The notes under the pieces are model-generated. The model saw nothing but the letters and a program-made list of their open reading frames with translations, was not told the origin of the DNA and did no database searches. DNA of 62,263 bases, counting the filler, from Porpidia crustulata (lineage: Eukaryota), in assembly GCA_964255105.1 (NCBI GenBank). It is 4 parts of 4 records of this genome, joined end to end, with 100 filler letters (N's around TTAATTAATTAA, not from the genome) between each part and the next. Parts side by side here need not be neighbours in the genome. Positions count along the whole stretch, not along the records: positions 46,802 to 62,263 come from CAXUWE010000308.1; 3 more parts are not named here. One strand, given 5' to 3'. The translations under genes were made by a program, and so were the position numbers. How positions within the stretch are numbered: the first letter of the stretch is position 1; each line of letters opens with the position of its first letter. Positions 50,213 to 62,263 of the stretch are shown here, one piece after another.

Positions 50213-50834
50213 CGTGATAAGTTATCGAATGACTTCGAGATCAGTGCGTGGTTCTCGGACGTTGAGGTTGTAGTACTTGAGATTGTGATACTGATAGAAA
50301 TTCCGCGATTCTCAAAGGAATTGATGGTTTAATAAGGTAATGATCATTCCAAGAAAAAAGGTGAGCTCTGAAACGTCACACACCTAATGGCGGCTTATAT
50401 AAGCGCCAAGCCTCGCCAGCCATCGTCGGACCAACTGTGTTTACAGCAATAACAAACCCCCAAGTGGAATTGTGGGAGAGACTCCTCTACCTACACACGA
50501 CACCTGGTCCGTTGGAAGAGTTGTAATATTCATTCTTGATTAACCAAGACCTAATGACATTTAGACTCCCCTGACAATCTCAGCTGTGCAACCTGGCTCT
50601 CTTCTTTTTCGACCCTCACAATAAGAATAGCCCAAATAGCGAAGACCAGCCAGGGCGATCGATGCTGGGTTGAGTTTCTTGGTGTATTCTTAGACGCTCT
50701 TTGATGTGAATAGCCACTGTTTGTCAACTAATCGCAGGCGACAGGGTATGCCGATCTGAATCGCGCAATTCTGGGCCAATTGTTGATTGTTTTGATAGTC
50801 TCGCAGTCCCGCGCAGGGCAGGTCGCCCTTCCTT

Positions 50835-53613
50835 ATGGCCTCAACCTCGAGAAGACCACGATCTAGTACATCGGGCTCTATTGCTAACGGTCAGAGGCGG
50901 AAGTCGCGCGCATCGACGGCAAGCGTCCACTCGGCCAGCACTCAGCCGGCGCAGCACTACCAGCATGACTCTGAACCCTCTCCGCAGCTGTTTCCTGCAC
51001 AAAATTTGCAGCCTCAGACACTCCAATATACTCCCGAAGAAATGATCACAAGGTCCGAGCACCAACTGACAAATCCGAACCCAGCTTATGCTATCGATCC
51101 CACCCTTTATCGTCACCAAGAGCAGGGGCGTGCACTCAGCGTAGACCATGGCTTCAGCGCAAATCCCGCCATATCGCGGCCGCCTATGACTCAATACAAT
51201 TCGTTCAATGGGCAGGAAAACCAAATATTAGAGGATATCATGGACGAGGCTCAAGATGACCCAGCGACAGGGGAAGGCAAGAAAAAGAAAGGCTCAGCCT
51301 CGAGTATCGCAAACGATTTAGAGCTTCGGAGACTTTTCAGAGAAAACCAAGGGCGTTCGATGAGAGAAGTTGCAGCTCAAGTGCTCGCAAACGAAAGGGG
51401 TCCACGATCAGAGAAAACGAAACAGATATTTGCAATGCTTTGGTGAGAATAAATGGGTTTGTCGGGATGACTCTTACTGATCCTTTTGCCAGGCTAGCCT
51501 CAGTGTGTAAGAAGAGCAAAAGTTCGGTTCCTCGAAGCCGGGTGTTCTCTCTTTACGCGACTAGGTGCGGTACAGAAAGGGTACCTCCTTTGAATCCGGC
51601 ATCTTTTGGAAAGCTCGTGCGGATCATCTTTCCTGGAATTCAAACGCGAAGGCTCGGCATTCGAGGAGAGTCCAAGTATCATTATGTTGACCTTTCTCTC
51701 ATCGAAGACCAGCTAGAAACATATGGGATTGGGTCACTTCAAGGTGCAAAGGTTTCTGACAGTGTACCGGACAAATTGTTCTTGCGAAGGTAGGCTGTTC
51801 ATGGCGCGTTATCACTGGCGCACTCACTGGCATCGCGTTCCAAGTCCTTAATTTGCAAGTCAAGAGGGTATACTAATCACTTAGACATTGCAGGCAGCGT
51901 TTACAATTACCGGCCGACACTGCTGTCTTTCCCTCTCCAGACTTGCCATTCAACTCACAGTTTCCCAACACCGATAGCCACCAATCTATGGCTCCAGTAT
52001 CTTTGTACCTTGATCCCACCGCGTACAACGTCCAAGAAGGTCCATCGCGTACCAACATGGTCCGGCGCGATCTCAAGTTTCCCACCTGCGATGAACCCTC
52101 TTATCATGAGGATGAGCCAATCGATCTCCCAAGCTTAAGCGGTTACGTCCCTGCTGGTACTGACCCTGATGCCTCAAATGCGTTATCAGCGTTGTATCGC
52201 TCCCACTGTGTGTCGGTCATTGACTGCTTTCGCTTTTGTAAAGAGAAGATGCTGTGGCATCATTTCACATCTTTCCATGGTACTCTAACGGTACCGGTTC
52301 AAAAATTACTTGCTCACCCAGATATCGCACCTTGGATCAAAGCGTGTGACTGGCTGATGTATCAGAAAATGATTCGATTTGTCGCCCCTCTGGCGCTCCA
52401 GGTTGTGCCAGTGCGAGTGATTGATACCTTCCAGGCGATATCGACTAAGATTGCGCAACACATCACTACCACCTTCCAGAACCATCCTCAGCACGTTCAG
52501 GATGCCAAGCTAGGTCCTGCAACCATTTTCGCTGGCCTTCTTGATCGCCTTTTGCGAGTCAACGCAACGGCTCACGCAGCGGCGAATATGCTTACTAATG
52601 ACGCCAATCGAGACCAGATGTGGCATGATTGGGTGCTTCATGTCAAACCTATTAGAGTGGTTGAGACTAGCCTCCCAGGTTGCGGCTACACGCGCGTTGT
52701 ACAGATCTTGACTAGAGAGGTTCGGGAATTGCTTAGTCCACTGAGGACGACTTCATATATGGGAGCGAGCAGTCTCTTCACAAATCAAGGGGACCCAAAT
52801 GGATTGAGCGCTTCTCAGCACGGCCATCCCGAACTTGATGACAGCTCGACTGAAGGTGTGCTTGACCGATGGACTAGCTTTCTTAATACATTGCCAGCAC
52901 GCTTTCCAGGAGTTGACGCTCGGACACTACTTCACTGTGTTGGTGAAGTAGGCTCTGCGGCTTTGCGGGACATCACAATGGCGCAAGCATTAAGCTTTGG
53001 ATCCTGGTGGGTCACAAAAGTCTGGGTCGACGAGATGCTTCTGTGGCAAGCCGAGAAAGGAGGGTTCATGGAGTACTCATCGAATAGTATGGTGATGAGA
53101 GGCCGCATTGATCTAGCTCTAGACCCAAGTTTCGCTATCGACGAGACAAGCGAAACATTTGGCGCTTCCAGGCCCAGGACCGCCGCAAGCGGAAGTGTGG
53201 ATTTGCCTAGTCGGTACGGTAGTGTTGATGCTGGTGGTGGATACCGTGGCGACGACAGCCGTGCAGCAAGTATGTCTCAATCGCAATTTCAGCCCTCGGG
53301 GATGTCCCACACCGAGCCCTCAAATCCCCAGCAAGGGCTTCCGTCTCCTAATATGCCACAAGGACAACCTCATCAAAGTTGCTCTGCCCAACGTCATGAT
53401 CGCCAAGTACAAAAGCAGCCTTTGGAGACGCCCCACACTCACGTTCTCTCAGGCCAACGGATGACGGCAATGAAGGAGGCTGAAATGAACCATGATGACA
53501 GTGGCATTGGGATGGAGATGGAGCATGAGGAGCTACGCATCGCGAATTACGACGGCTTTGTTGATCTTGGGGTCAGTGGTGCCTCGGATCCTGCGGATGT
53601 TGTCGTCTGCTGA
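50835..53613 (+). CDS. RFX winged-helix transcription factor (CPCR1/RfxA-like); true start may lie upstream
   Basis: RFX DNA-binding domain VPRSRVFSLYATRC...LNPASFGKLVRIIFPGIQTRRLGIRGESKYHY; C-terminal region CDWLMYQ and LRDITMAQALSFGSWW...WVDE. Confidence 0.9.
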
Positions 53614-56600
53614 TCTCCTTATCGAATCATTGACCTGTTCGGGTTGACTAACGAACTTTATGATCAATACCCACTGGCCAAAAGGTGAAATGGAAGGATG
53701 TTGGAATAATGCCCCCCAGATGATAGGGCCGTATTAGGCGAACCGGACCAATAACTCACTCGGAATAACGACGGCAGAGGCGGTGGGATGCAAAATTATA
53801 TGGCGGCACCACCGACAACGTTTCTCTATCTTAAGATTTCTTATGTACCAACAGCCGCCTACGTTGACTGGTTATCGGTGTCTCTGGGGAGGTGGTTTTG
53901 TATTGCGGGTGGATTTGGGTAGCTTCGCGCTGTGTTGGACAACCATGTGGCGGATAGCTTGCTAGGATACCTTACCGTTAGAGGACATACATGTCATCGT
54001 CAGGATAGCTGTGGCGGAAATAATATGTTTTGCTTACAGCCCCTTTTTCCAGAGTCGTCGGATTGGAAAGACGTGTCCAAGCCCTTTCGCGTTGCGCTCG
54101 TTATCCTGGATCAAAAATCTTCATATCCCTATTGCTCGTGATTGACAAGTCTTCCTTCCACGCATCTCCAGTATCACCTCATACAGAGGATGTAGAACTC
54201 GGCCATAGATCATCTTCGGCTCTGCCGCCACGTAGTCTTCCCGACAGCCCGACTTTCAACCTATTGAGGAAAGGAAAGTAGATCCTGGTGCTGCCGGCTC
54301 ACCTAATCAAAGCACCTTTCCTCCCTTTAACTTCTTCGGGGAAGATGGGATAAGGCAGGATTCATCTGCTGAGTTACCGCGGAATAATGGTATGCCAACT
54401 GAAGGTTGAGCTTTCAGCTCGTTGAGATGATATTCGTACGATGCTTTATGCCACTAGAGTTGACCGTAGGCGAGAACCTCTATTGAGGAAGAGGTAATCA
54501 TAAGCGCTGAAATTTTTTAGAGGTATTGTTTATTGTTGGTAGGTACCTTGTGGATACGGACCCCTGACTGCCAAAAGGAGAAAATCAAGGTTGTGATATA
54601 TGAGAAATGATACTGGTCTAAAGGGGGCGTTCGTGATAGAAATCACTCTGCCAATCGGGTCTTGATGGAATATGATCTGATATTTCCAATACATAAATTT
54701 GAAAATATGTAAGATGTCCATCACACCTTTGTTCAAGAGGCCAACAAACAGTGTCGAAACTCCGATGATATTGATATTTAATGATTGCAAATTCCAAAAT
54801 CAAGTCAATGAGAAATGATACATGGGAAAGGATACTAGCCCAAAAGGGCGTACATAATAGATACCACTCCATCAATCATGGTCTTGATAGAATCATACCT
54901 CTTTTTGCAACATATACACTACAAAGTATATTGATGTCAACCATTTTTCTGCATCCTCAATCCTTTCAATTGAGATTCACACTTCTCGATCCTGCTCCAC
55001 CTACTTGGGTTTCCTTCCCGTCTATACCAAAACAATGCCTTTCAATCTAAATATCTTCTTGTACCCTTTGACGTCAATCACACCTTACCTTATATTCATT
55101 AACTCCTATCTCCTCTCCTTGATATGCGTACTATTCGCCTTACCTCCCTTTCAACCCAGGCCTCTCATATATTAGGTTCAAGATATCAGCAGCCCTTGAA
55201 ATCGGCATCATACGCACCTGTCCACACTGAAGGTATATGAACTCAACTTGAGCGAGCAAGTACTCAACGCACAAGATAATGTAGACGCCAGGGCTACTGG
55301 CCAACCGTCCTTGGATCGCAGCAACCAGTGACGCAGCGAACCATGTTAACCGTAAGTATGGTCAGTCCTTGCTGCGAGCCTTTGGTCGATATTCTCGTGC
55401 AACGAGTTTATGGAACTGTCTTAAACATCACCTCGACACAAGATTTTCAAGGGCAAGAACTCATTACGTCACCTGGTTCTTCAAGATAAAGATGCTAACC
55501 ACAACAGCAATCAAGAATTACTAGGAGAAAGCTCCTGCAGAAATTTGTGCCAGGCTTACAGGATATGAGCTCACAAAGGATCAAAATTAGCCGTCCAGAT
55601 TTGGTAAAGCAGCATACTGCTGATCTCGAGGCGCAAGATCTATGCCCCGAGCCTTCAAATAGTGTCTCTCAATGAATACAGCGGAGGAGAAATTTATGCC
55701 CCAAGTACACGCAGGAGCACGAGCATAATGTGTCAGAGATGTATGACATGTAGTTGCGAAACATGCAAGAGCATAACGAGCATTATACTTACTTGCTTCC
55801 CTGTCTAATATTCAAGCCTCTACCTTGGTAAAAGACGACGATCAATCAGAGGTATGCTCATTAAAATACAACAGATTAGTGGATATCTGAGAGCATCACC
55901 GGGTCAAACATTCTATATCATGTTGGCCTTGAGCCCGTCGTAAGAGCTGATGCCGCTGGTTTTTGGCATTTCACGTTGGCTTACCGCAACGCCAATGATT
56001 CATGTTTGAAGATCCGTTGAGTTACTCCCTTGCTTTTACGGAGGTTAATTGATCGAGTCTTTAGACACTTACCAGCCATTACAAAGGTATGATAGATTGC
56101 TTTGTGGTTTACATTAATCTCTCATTCCGAGGCATGCAATGATGAGTGTTCTGTCACCAACGAGCAAGGTATGGTCTCAACAGATACGGAGTGTACTCCG
56201 CGTAGGGCTGTAGTCCAACAGCGTGTCTACACTCACCAACTATTTGGATGAGATGACGAGGCCTCGAGAAAGAAGGCGCCCAATCTGCTGATTTCCTTTT
56301 GCTTTCTTCAAGCTTGGTCAGCCTATACTCGTTCGAATCATACTCTGCGCTACGTTGTTTGAGTTTCTATTTTTATCACGAGAATCTCTTGATTCTGCCG
56401 CAAAACGTACTGATCGAAACATGAGTCTCTGATTCTGGTGGTCGGCATTGGGTTTAGGACCTGCATGCACAGCGCGTGGCCTTAACTGTGAGACCCGCAG
56501 GCATTGACAGCCCCGTGATCAAAGCCCAAGAGCTTTCTTCTACTCGGAAGTCGGGAATCCATTGAAGACATCAAAGTTCACGATTACTCTGACAGTTCAA

Positions 56601-59302
56601 GCCACCGGCTTGTGTCTGCCTCTCTGAGTACGCTGATCTTATACGTATTTGAAATTGAGCGACCAAATGTCAGGATGGTCAGGGCCTAGCGACATCTTGC
56701 TAGGTGGCTGGCGATTCTTCTAGCTGAGAAACTAGATTTAGGCGGATTTGATCTACAGTCGTACTTTGGCCGTCGGTACCCAATGGCGGGTCAATCATTG
56801 CCCTATTGAAGCGCAGAGATGTAGGATGCGATGTCGATCAAGAGCTCTAATTTATCGCTCGGGAAAGCCAAGAGAAAGATTAGTTTGACATTCGTCGTTG
56901 CACACGACAGCAAAGAAGCTTGATTATTGTGCAATCAATTATGCTTTCGTGCCATTTAGCCGTCATTAAAGCGAAACAATCCAATCGCATTTTACCGGGC
57001 AGCTGGACGAATCACAGGACACTGTCCAGTAAGGCATGGTCGCGACGAGGCAGCCCAACGTCAAAGCCCGAACTCCTTCGCTTCTCACCAGTCTAGAGCT
57101 CGCCAGGCTGCCAGGCTACCACTAAGACCAAGTGACTAGTTGACTTATCCCGGCCAAAGAAGAATCTGAAACTTCTCCTCGACGACTCGCGTGGGACTCA
57201 CTGCATGGTTGGGCTTGCGTTCAAGATTAGGTATCCGCCCCAGCCAATTGTCCGTTGAACTTGGATAGAGTGATGATTGGGTAGTGGGCGGAGCACTGCC
57301 ACATGCAAGAAAGGATCTCAGAAATCATGCTCGAGTGAGGTACGTACTAATTACAACTCTTTTCGAAAGATTAATTAGGGACCAAGCTGGACGCAGAATG
57401 GGTGGAAGTATGAAACACTAAGTTTGTTGGGACCTGTTGTACTTTTCGTACCACCAGCCATCATCATTGTTCCGGCTCATGGCAGCCATTGCTACATCTG
57501 GGCCACCAATGAGTCGCAATAACGACCAAGGCTCGCCCAAGTCGTACTGTATCACTATAACACCTGAATGTGAGCGTTGCTTGGTATGGTCTGATTTGTG
57601 GTGTTTCGCATTGAGCTCGGATGTCCTTCCATGCGCGAGTTGAGCTTGTGCCAGTGCTCCAACAGTTTCATCCAGAAGCCCGGAGATTCACAGCGAAAGA
57701 ACAAGAGCGGTGCTTTAGGGATGGAGTGGCCTCATTCGCTTGGGTCTTGGTTCCTACTCTTAGTTCTTGAATCCCTCCGGGGGTTCCGTCTGGAAGCTCG
57801 AGGATTTGTAACAAGCGCTAAGAGACTTTGACTTTCACCCCCGCCGGCCCATAGAAATCAAAAAGAGTGTTATTTGTGGTTACCTATTTGCGGTGCTTTT
57901 TCTTGTTATTACCAAATACTACTCCTGTCGAGTCATGGTTGACGGCACCCTCATCTCGTGTTGTGTCCTCAATCTGCGGAAATTGTTTCCTCTACCTCCT
58001 CCACCACCCTAACCTCTCGATACGAGTAAGCCGAGAGTATCCATCATATCACTGATAGTGTACCATCGAGCTATCGACCTATCTATCAAAATTGGTCTGC
58101 TTCCTTAGTGGCGAATGCTGGCCTGTGCTCTTCCTCTGAACCGGCAGCTGCGCGTCGTTTACCACGGTCTTGCGCCGCATGATATATATATATGAATAAG
58201 ATGCCAAACAGGCGCGTTACCACTCGTCGCTTTGTACCTACAGTAGCTCTTACTTAGAGCATCCAGCAGCCGAAACTAGGCGGGATTGCGAATGACAGGC
58301 TTGCGCATGCTGCGAGATTCGACGACCCGATGCTGTCCAATTGGATGCCAGATCTACGGAATCTTGTCTGCCACTTTGCACCAACCTGCTTTCCCTTAAG
58401 CCTGGACATCTCCCACTTCAGCTCCTGTGGCGCGGTCTAAAGAACTCCGTTATAGTGCCACAGGGTTTGGCTCGTCATCTAAGCTTCGTAGGAAACAGTC
58501 AATCCTTCTCCCACAGCTGAATACGTACTACTACCGCCCTCCATATCCACAGGCCTTGACGGCTTCTTCGAGCGTCGGTATCGAAGTTTTCCTTGTGCTC
58601 ACCCAAGAAGCGACCATTCTGGATTTCTCGACCGTAGCAGTGCATAAGGCAAATGTAGGTAGGACCCGCCCTCTTGCATTCAGGCCCTGGACTCTACATA
58701 TCACTTTCTCCATATGACAATCCCGTCGTCATAACGGTTGACCGCAGTTCCGTCCAAGATTGCCTGTGTTCCTACGTCAGCTAGGAGTATTTGGGTCTCA
58801 CTACTGCAATCTTTCCAGTCTCAGTACTGGTTCTTCTTCCTTTGCGCCCAAGATAGTGAAATCCCACGGCTTCTTCGTTCCTTCTAGCTGGGAATATCCT
58901 TGTGATTGGTGGACGAAGGACAGGTCACAAGTCCTACACTCCCTGGGCAACATTCCGTATAGTATGGTGGACGTCCTGAGGCCTTTCAACATCACATCGT
59001 CACCATTGCTGGTGAGCTCACCTACGAGTATGGATTTCTCCTTTCTATTTCTCTGGCTCAACCTGACCTCAATGCGTAGTCGTCATCATTTGCGTCTGCG
59101 AATTGCACCCTGACGGACGCGGCGACTGCAAGAAGCTTTGAGTGGAGGTGTTGAGAACTATTGGTGCCACCGTGAGTCACTCTAGTACCGTCGGAAATCT
59201 GGCATTCAACACGGAGTCTATAACGCCGGCGGCGCATCGAACCTCGGTCTCGATACGCCGTTGGAAGAAATCAAAATTTGCCCAACTTGGTGAATTGGTG
59301 GC

Positions 59303-60631
59303 ATGGAAGGTGACGAACATCAAAGAAGGCAGTATGAACAGCCAAATTATCCCCCGCGAGGATTTGTACCCGACCTCAGGGCAGGCGCGCAAGGAGGCAA
59401 TATCTCCGAGGGTCGTGAATTCAGAGACGCCGCAGGAGCAGATGGATCGGATCGTTTTAGGCAATCGCAAATGCTGGCAGGGCGAACCCCAACTTCGGCG
59501 CCTATGGCTGTCAGTGGAGGCAATCCTCAGCTTCTGGCAGGCTTTGGGTATGCGCAAGGACAGCAATATGCAACTACACCGATGCAGGGCAACACGATGC
59601 AGTACCAAGGTGATTACCCTCAAGATCCCCAAAGGCAACAACAATATCCACAGTACGCGTCGCAAATGATGTACAACGTCCCTCAACAAGTCCAGCCTCA
59701 GTCTCCCTACGACAGTGTGCAACAATTCCAACCACGGCAATCTGCAGCGGTTGAAGTGTTGTCAACGAACTTTGGGGTTCCACAATATTACCACCCCGGC
59801 GAACCGACCAGCGCACCGGGACCCGGGACAATAGCACAACAATACGCACCCTCACAGTTCCAGCAACCCATTCAATATCAACCCTCCTCATCTCAAGGAC
59901 GTACTACTCTTCAGCCAGCATTTCCTGCCGGCATGGCAGACTTTTCACAGCCCAGCGCGCCCGACACCTCGGAGCAGCAGAACCCAGAAGCTTCCAAATT
60001 CGATCAAGCCTACAACCAGTACCAGGAAGCTCTCAAACAGACTTTCGAAAACACTCGCAGCAGTAGGCTTGTGGAAGCTGGTGAATCGCTACTCGAGATC
60101 TCCGAGTGGCTGCTGGGGCACGCTGCTGAGCTTGGTACGCCAGAGAGATCATATCCCTTGCTTCTAGCTAACGCCAGCAGCAGGACTCATTCATGACGAC
60201 CAAGGTTTACATGGTGAGCGTATCAAGCTCTGGGATGAGTTCAATACATGTTGGCTTGCTGTCATGCAGCGCCAGAAGGAGGACACGCAAGAAATGCTCG
60301 ATACCGGCCAATCACCACGCGCGCCGCAGAGCATCCTCCCGCTCGAATCTTTAGAGAGAATAGGCTCTGAACTCATCCGTCTCTGCGACGGCTTGGAAAA
60401 GTATGGACTTGTTGACTACCAGATGGGGGTGTGGGAGGAGGAGATCCTGAGCAGTGAGCAATCTACGTCGAACCTAGCATTGGTAGTGCTACGAGAGTAT
60501 GAATTGACTCTTCCTTAGTTCTCACGCAATGCTGCGATCTCCTTGAAGACGACGATGACGACGCAAACCCTCCTGAGACTGAAGTGACGGCTGACGCAGG
60601 CCCTAGAAGTCATGGCTCAACCGCTCAATGA
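59303..60631 (+). CDS. Conserved-looking hypothetical fungal protein (Q/P-rich N-terminus, helical C-terminal domain), 3 exons
   Basis: 297-aa first ORF with canonical introns; ordered C-terminus LLEISEWLL, LWDEFNTCWLAVMQRQK and LCDGLEKYGLVDYQMGVWEEEIL. Confidence 0.8.
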
Positions 60632-62001
60632 GCTTACTTTCAGGTCCAATTCCAAGCGCCGTTTACTCGACACTACGAATTACTCTTCTCTCCTTCTGTC
60701 ATGTTGTTTCCGGCTTTCCTCGCTAGGGTTCTTCGCTACCATTCCAACCACATCACGACATTGCTTTGTAAATACTACTCAACACACAAAATCCACGAAC
60801 ACCGCACCATACATATTCCGTCTCAATCCAACAACAACCTCCACACTCGTCACGACAGATTTTCCTTTGTTTTTCTCTCTCTCTTACAGTCCGGACAGCT
60901 CTCCGGGCAAATGAACGGCATAGAAATACGGGCTTCCCGGCAAAACGGTGTTTAGGTCTCATTTGTCGGCTGGGCAATACCCCTGGGAGGCAATTGTGAT
61001 TTGATTTTTTCCCCCGCATTGTACATAAACGCTGTACTGGTCTACAAAGCAGGCGTTTTTACCGACTACATTCTGTATACCGGCTTTGGGGGGAATGGAG
61101 CAACGGTGCGGGACGCCATGAAACAGACATTGTGGCCTCACGGCATTGAAAAGAGGGGAGGGTTGGTCCGAGGACGACGGGGATGTGCCGACGGTTCTGG
61201 CAACTCGGCAGATTGAAAGGGGGTATGCGGAAATGGCGGTATGGAGATCGATACGGGCGAGTGAAGCGACCATTCGCTGGAGACTCGATCGAACGAGGCA
61301 GGCAGGTCGCTGGATGGCAAGGCTCCGGCGCAGCGACGTTCTGTCGTGCGTCTCGGTTGCGCCGGCACTATATCACCGCATGCACAATATATATCTCCAG
61401 CGAGTTGCCTCTTCGATGCGTGCCTTGCATGCATTTTAAAGTCGAGACCCTCTGCAGCATGCAGACGCGGGCCTTTTTTTTGCACATCCCCACTGCGCAT
61501 GCGTTGTGCAATGTGTCATTTGTAACGTGTCGACCGCTTGGGTCAATCTGACACATTCAACGAGAGATGTGCATCAATCGTACGAGCAAGCTGCATCATT
61601 AATGGTGCTGTGCCTCAGGTGGCCGATCAAGGGTCTGATTCATATCTCTACAACCCCATGATCTCTGCGACCCTCGCTCACCTATGCAGTGAGTGTAGAT
61701 ATGCCATCAACATGAAACCAATAATATGATACTGTGCAACCGTTTCATGGGTTTTTTATATTCAAAATCACATGATCGTAAGCTAAGTGTGCGCACCAGG
61801 ACAAATCCGGAAAAAAAAACCCGAAAAAAGAGTGGTGGTTAGTTGTAGATAGCACTGTGATAGATAGGCACATAGGGTAGGGGAAGTCTCACTCAAGTAG
61901 GTTAAAGTGCTATAAATGAATGACTTTTTCTGTTGGGCACAGATACTGGAGGACACGACTTGAAAGAGGATGCGGAACCCCCCAGGCAGGCAGGGGTGGA
62001 G

Positions 62002-62030
62002 TGGGTGGTTGTTGTTGTTGTTGTGTGTTG
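62002..62030 (+). repeat. (GTT)n/GT-rich microsatellite
   Basis: tgggtggttgttgttgttgttgtgtgttg. Confidence 0.6.
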
Positions 62031-62263
62031 AGGTTGGATGACTACCTAGATATCATAGTCTAGCAGACCGAAGTATCTGACCGGGCTGGATCGTGAGACC
62101 TGATATAGAGATGAACATGTGAAAGAAAGGTAAAAGTCTTGGGGGATTTTCTGGAAACATCACTGCAGGATACATACGTGGTTTACGCATCGAGAAAAGC
62201 CGTCGTATCAGACCCGAGGGTTCTTGGAACTCAAGAACCGGTTATCGGAAAGCTGGATGGCTG

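Noticed and set aside
54500..55200. AT-rich tract as a RIP-degraded transposon
   Set aside because: No RT, integrase or transposase motif, LTR or TIR could be read.
59142..59891. Long overlapping and antisense ORFs (175, 187, 105 aa), and similar ones over CLPTM1, ZDS1, the permease and the NRPS
   Set aside because: Shadow ORFs of real genes, produced by codon bias and low complexity.
62219..62239. Hairpin GGTTCTTG-GAACT-CAAGAACC near the window end
   Set aside because: An 8-bp stem is expected by chance in 62 kb, and there is no RNA-gene context.
1..62263. tRNA, rRNA, CRISPR arrays or prokaryotic operons
   Set aside because: None recognised by eye; the genes carry spliceosomal introns. 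Small ncRNAs cannot be excluded without covariance-model searches.

Overview
Intron-rich genomic DNA of a filamentous ascomycete (Pezizomycotina; finer placement not possible here). It is not one locus. Three artificial 100-bp spacers (44 N + TTAATTAATTAA + 44 N) join four pieces of 15512, 15502, 15487 and 15462 bp, i.e. size-sorted contigs with no implied linkage. Contig 1: Sld7-C-like gene, VPS55, proteasome PRE5, LOG-family hydrolase, CLPTM1-like gene, an ORF split by one TAG, SEC22 (with a GC-AG intron), an ASXH-domain gene and a MITE. Contig 2: GEM1 (partial), creC, creD, an Slm1-like PH gene, a Zds1-like gene, a related MITE, MsrB and a partial ArfGAP. Contig 4: PEX3 (partial), ATG101, YOP1, an RFX factor, ~5.7 kb without a recognisable gene, and a conserved-looking hypothetical gene. 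Contig 3 is the accessory region and the best candidate for something undescribed: an apparently decaying biosynthetic neighbourhood. It holds a radical-SAM/PLP lysine 2,3-aminomutase (KamA)-type pseudogene, an intact-looking amino-acid permease, a PTH11-like membrane protein, a collapsed DHA1 MFS pseudogene and a single-module A-T-C NRPS with one +1 frameshift, suggesting a fungal beta-amino-acid peptide pathway. All calls come from manual reading and remembered family motifs; no searches were run, and exon boundaries are manual.
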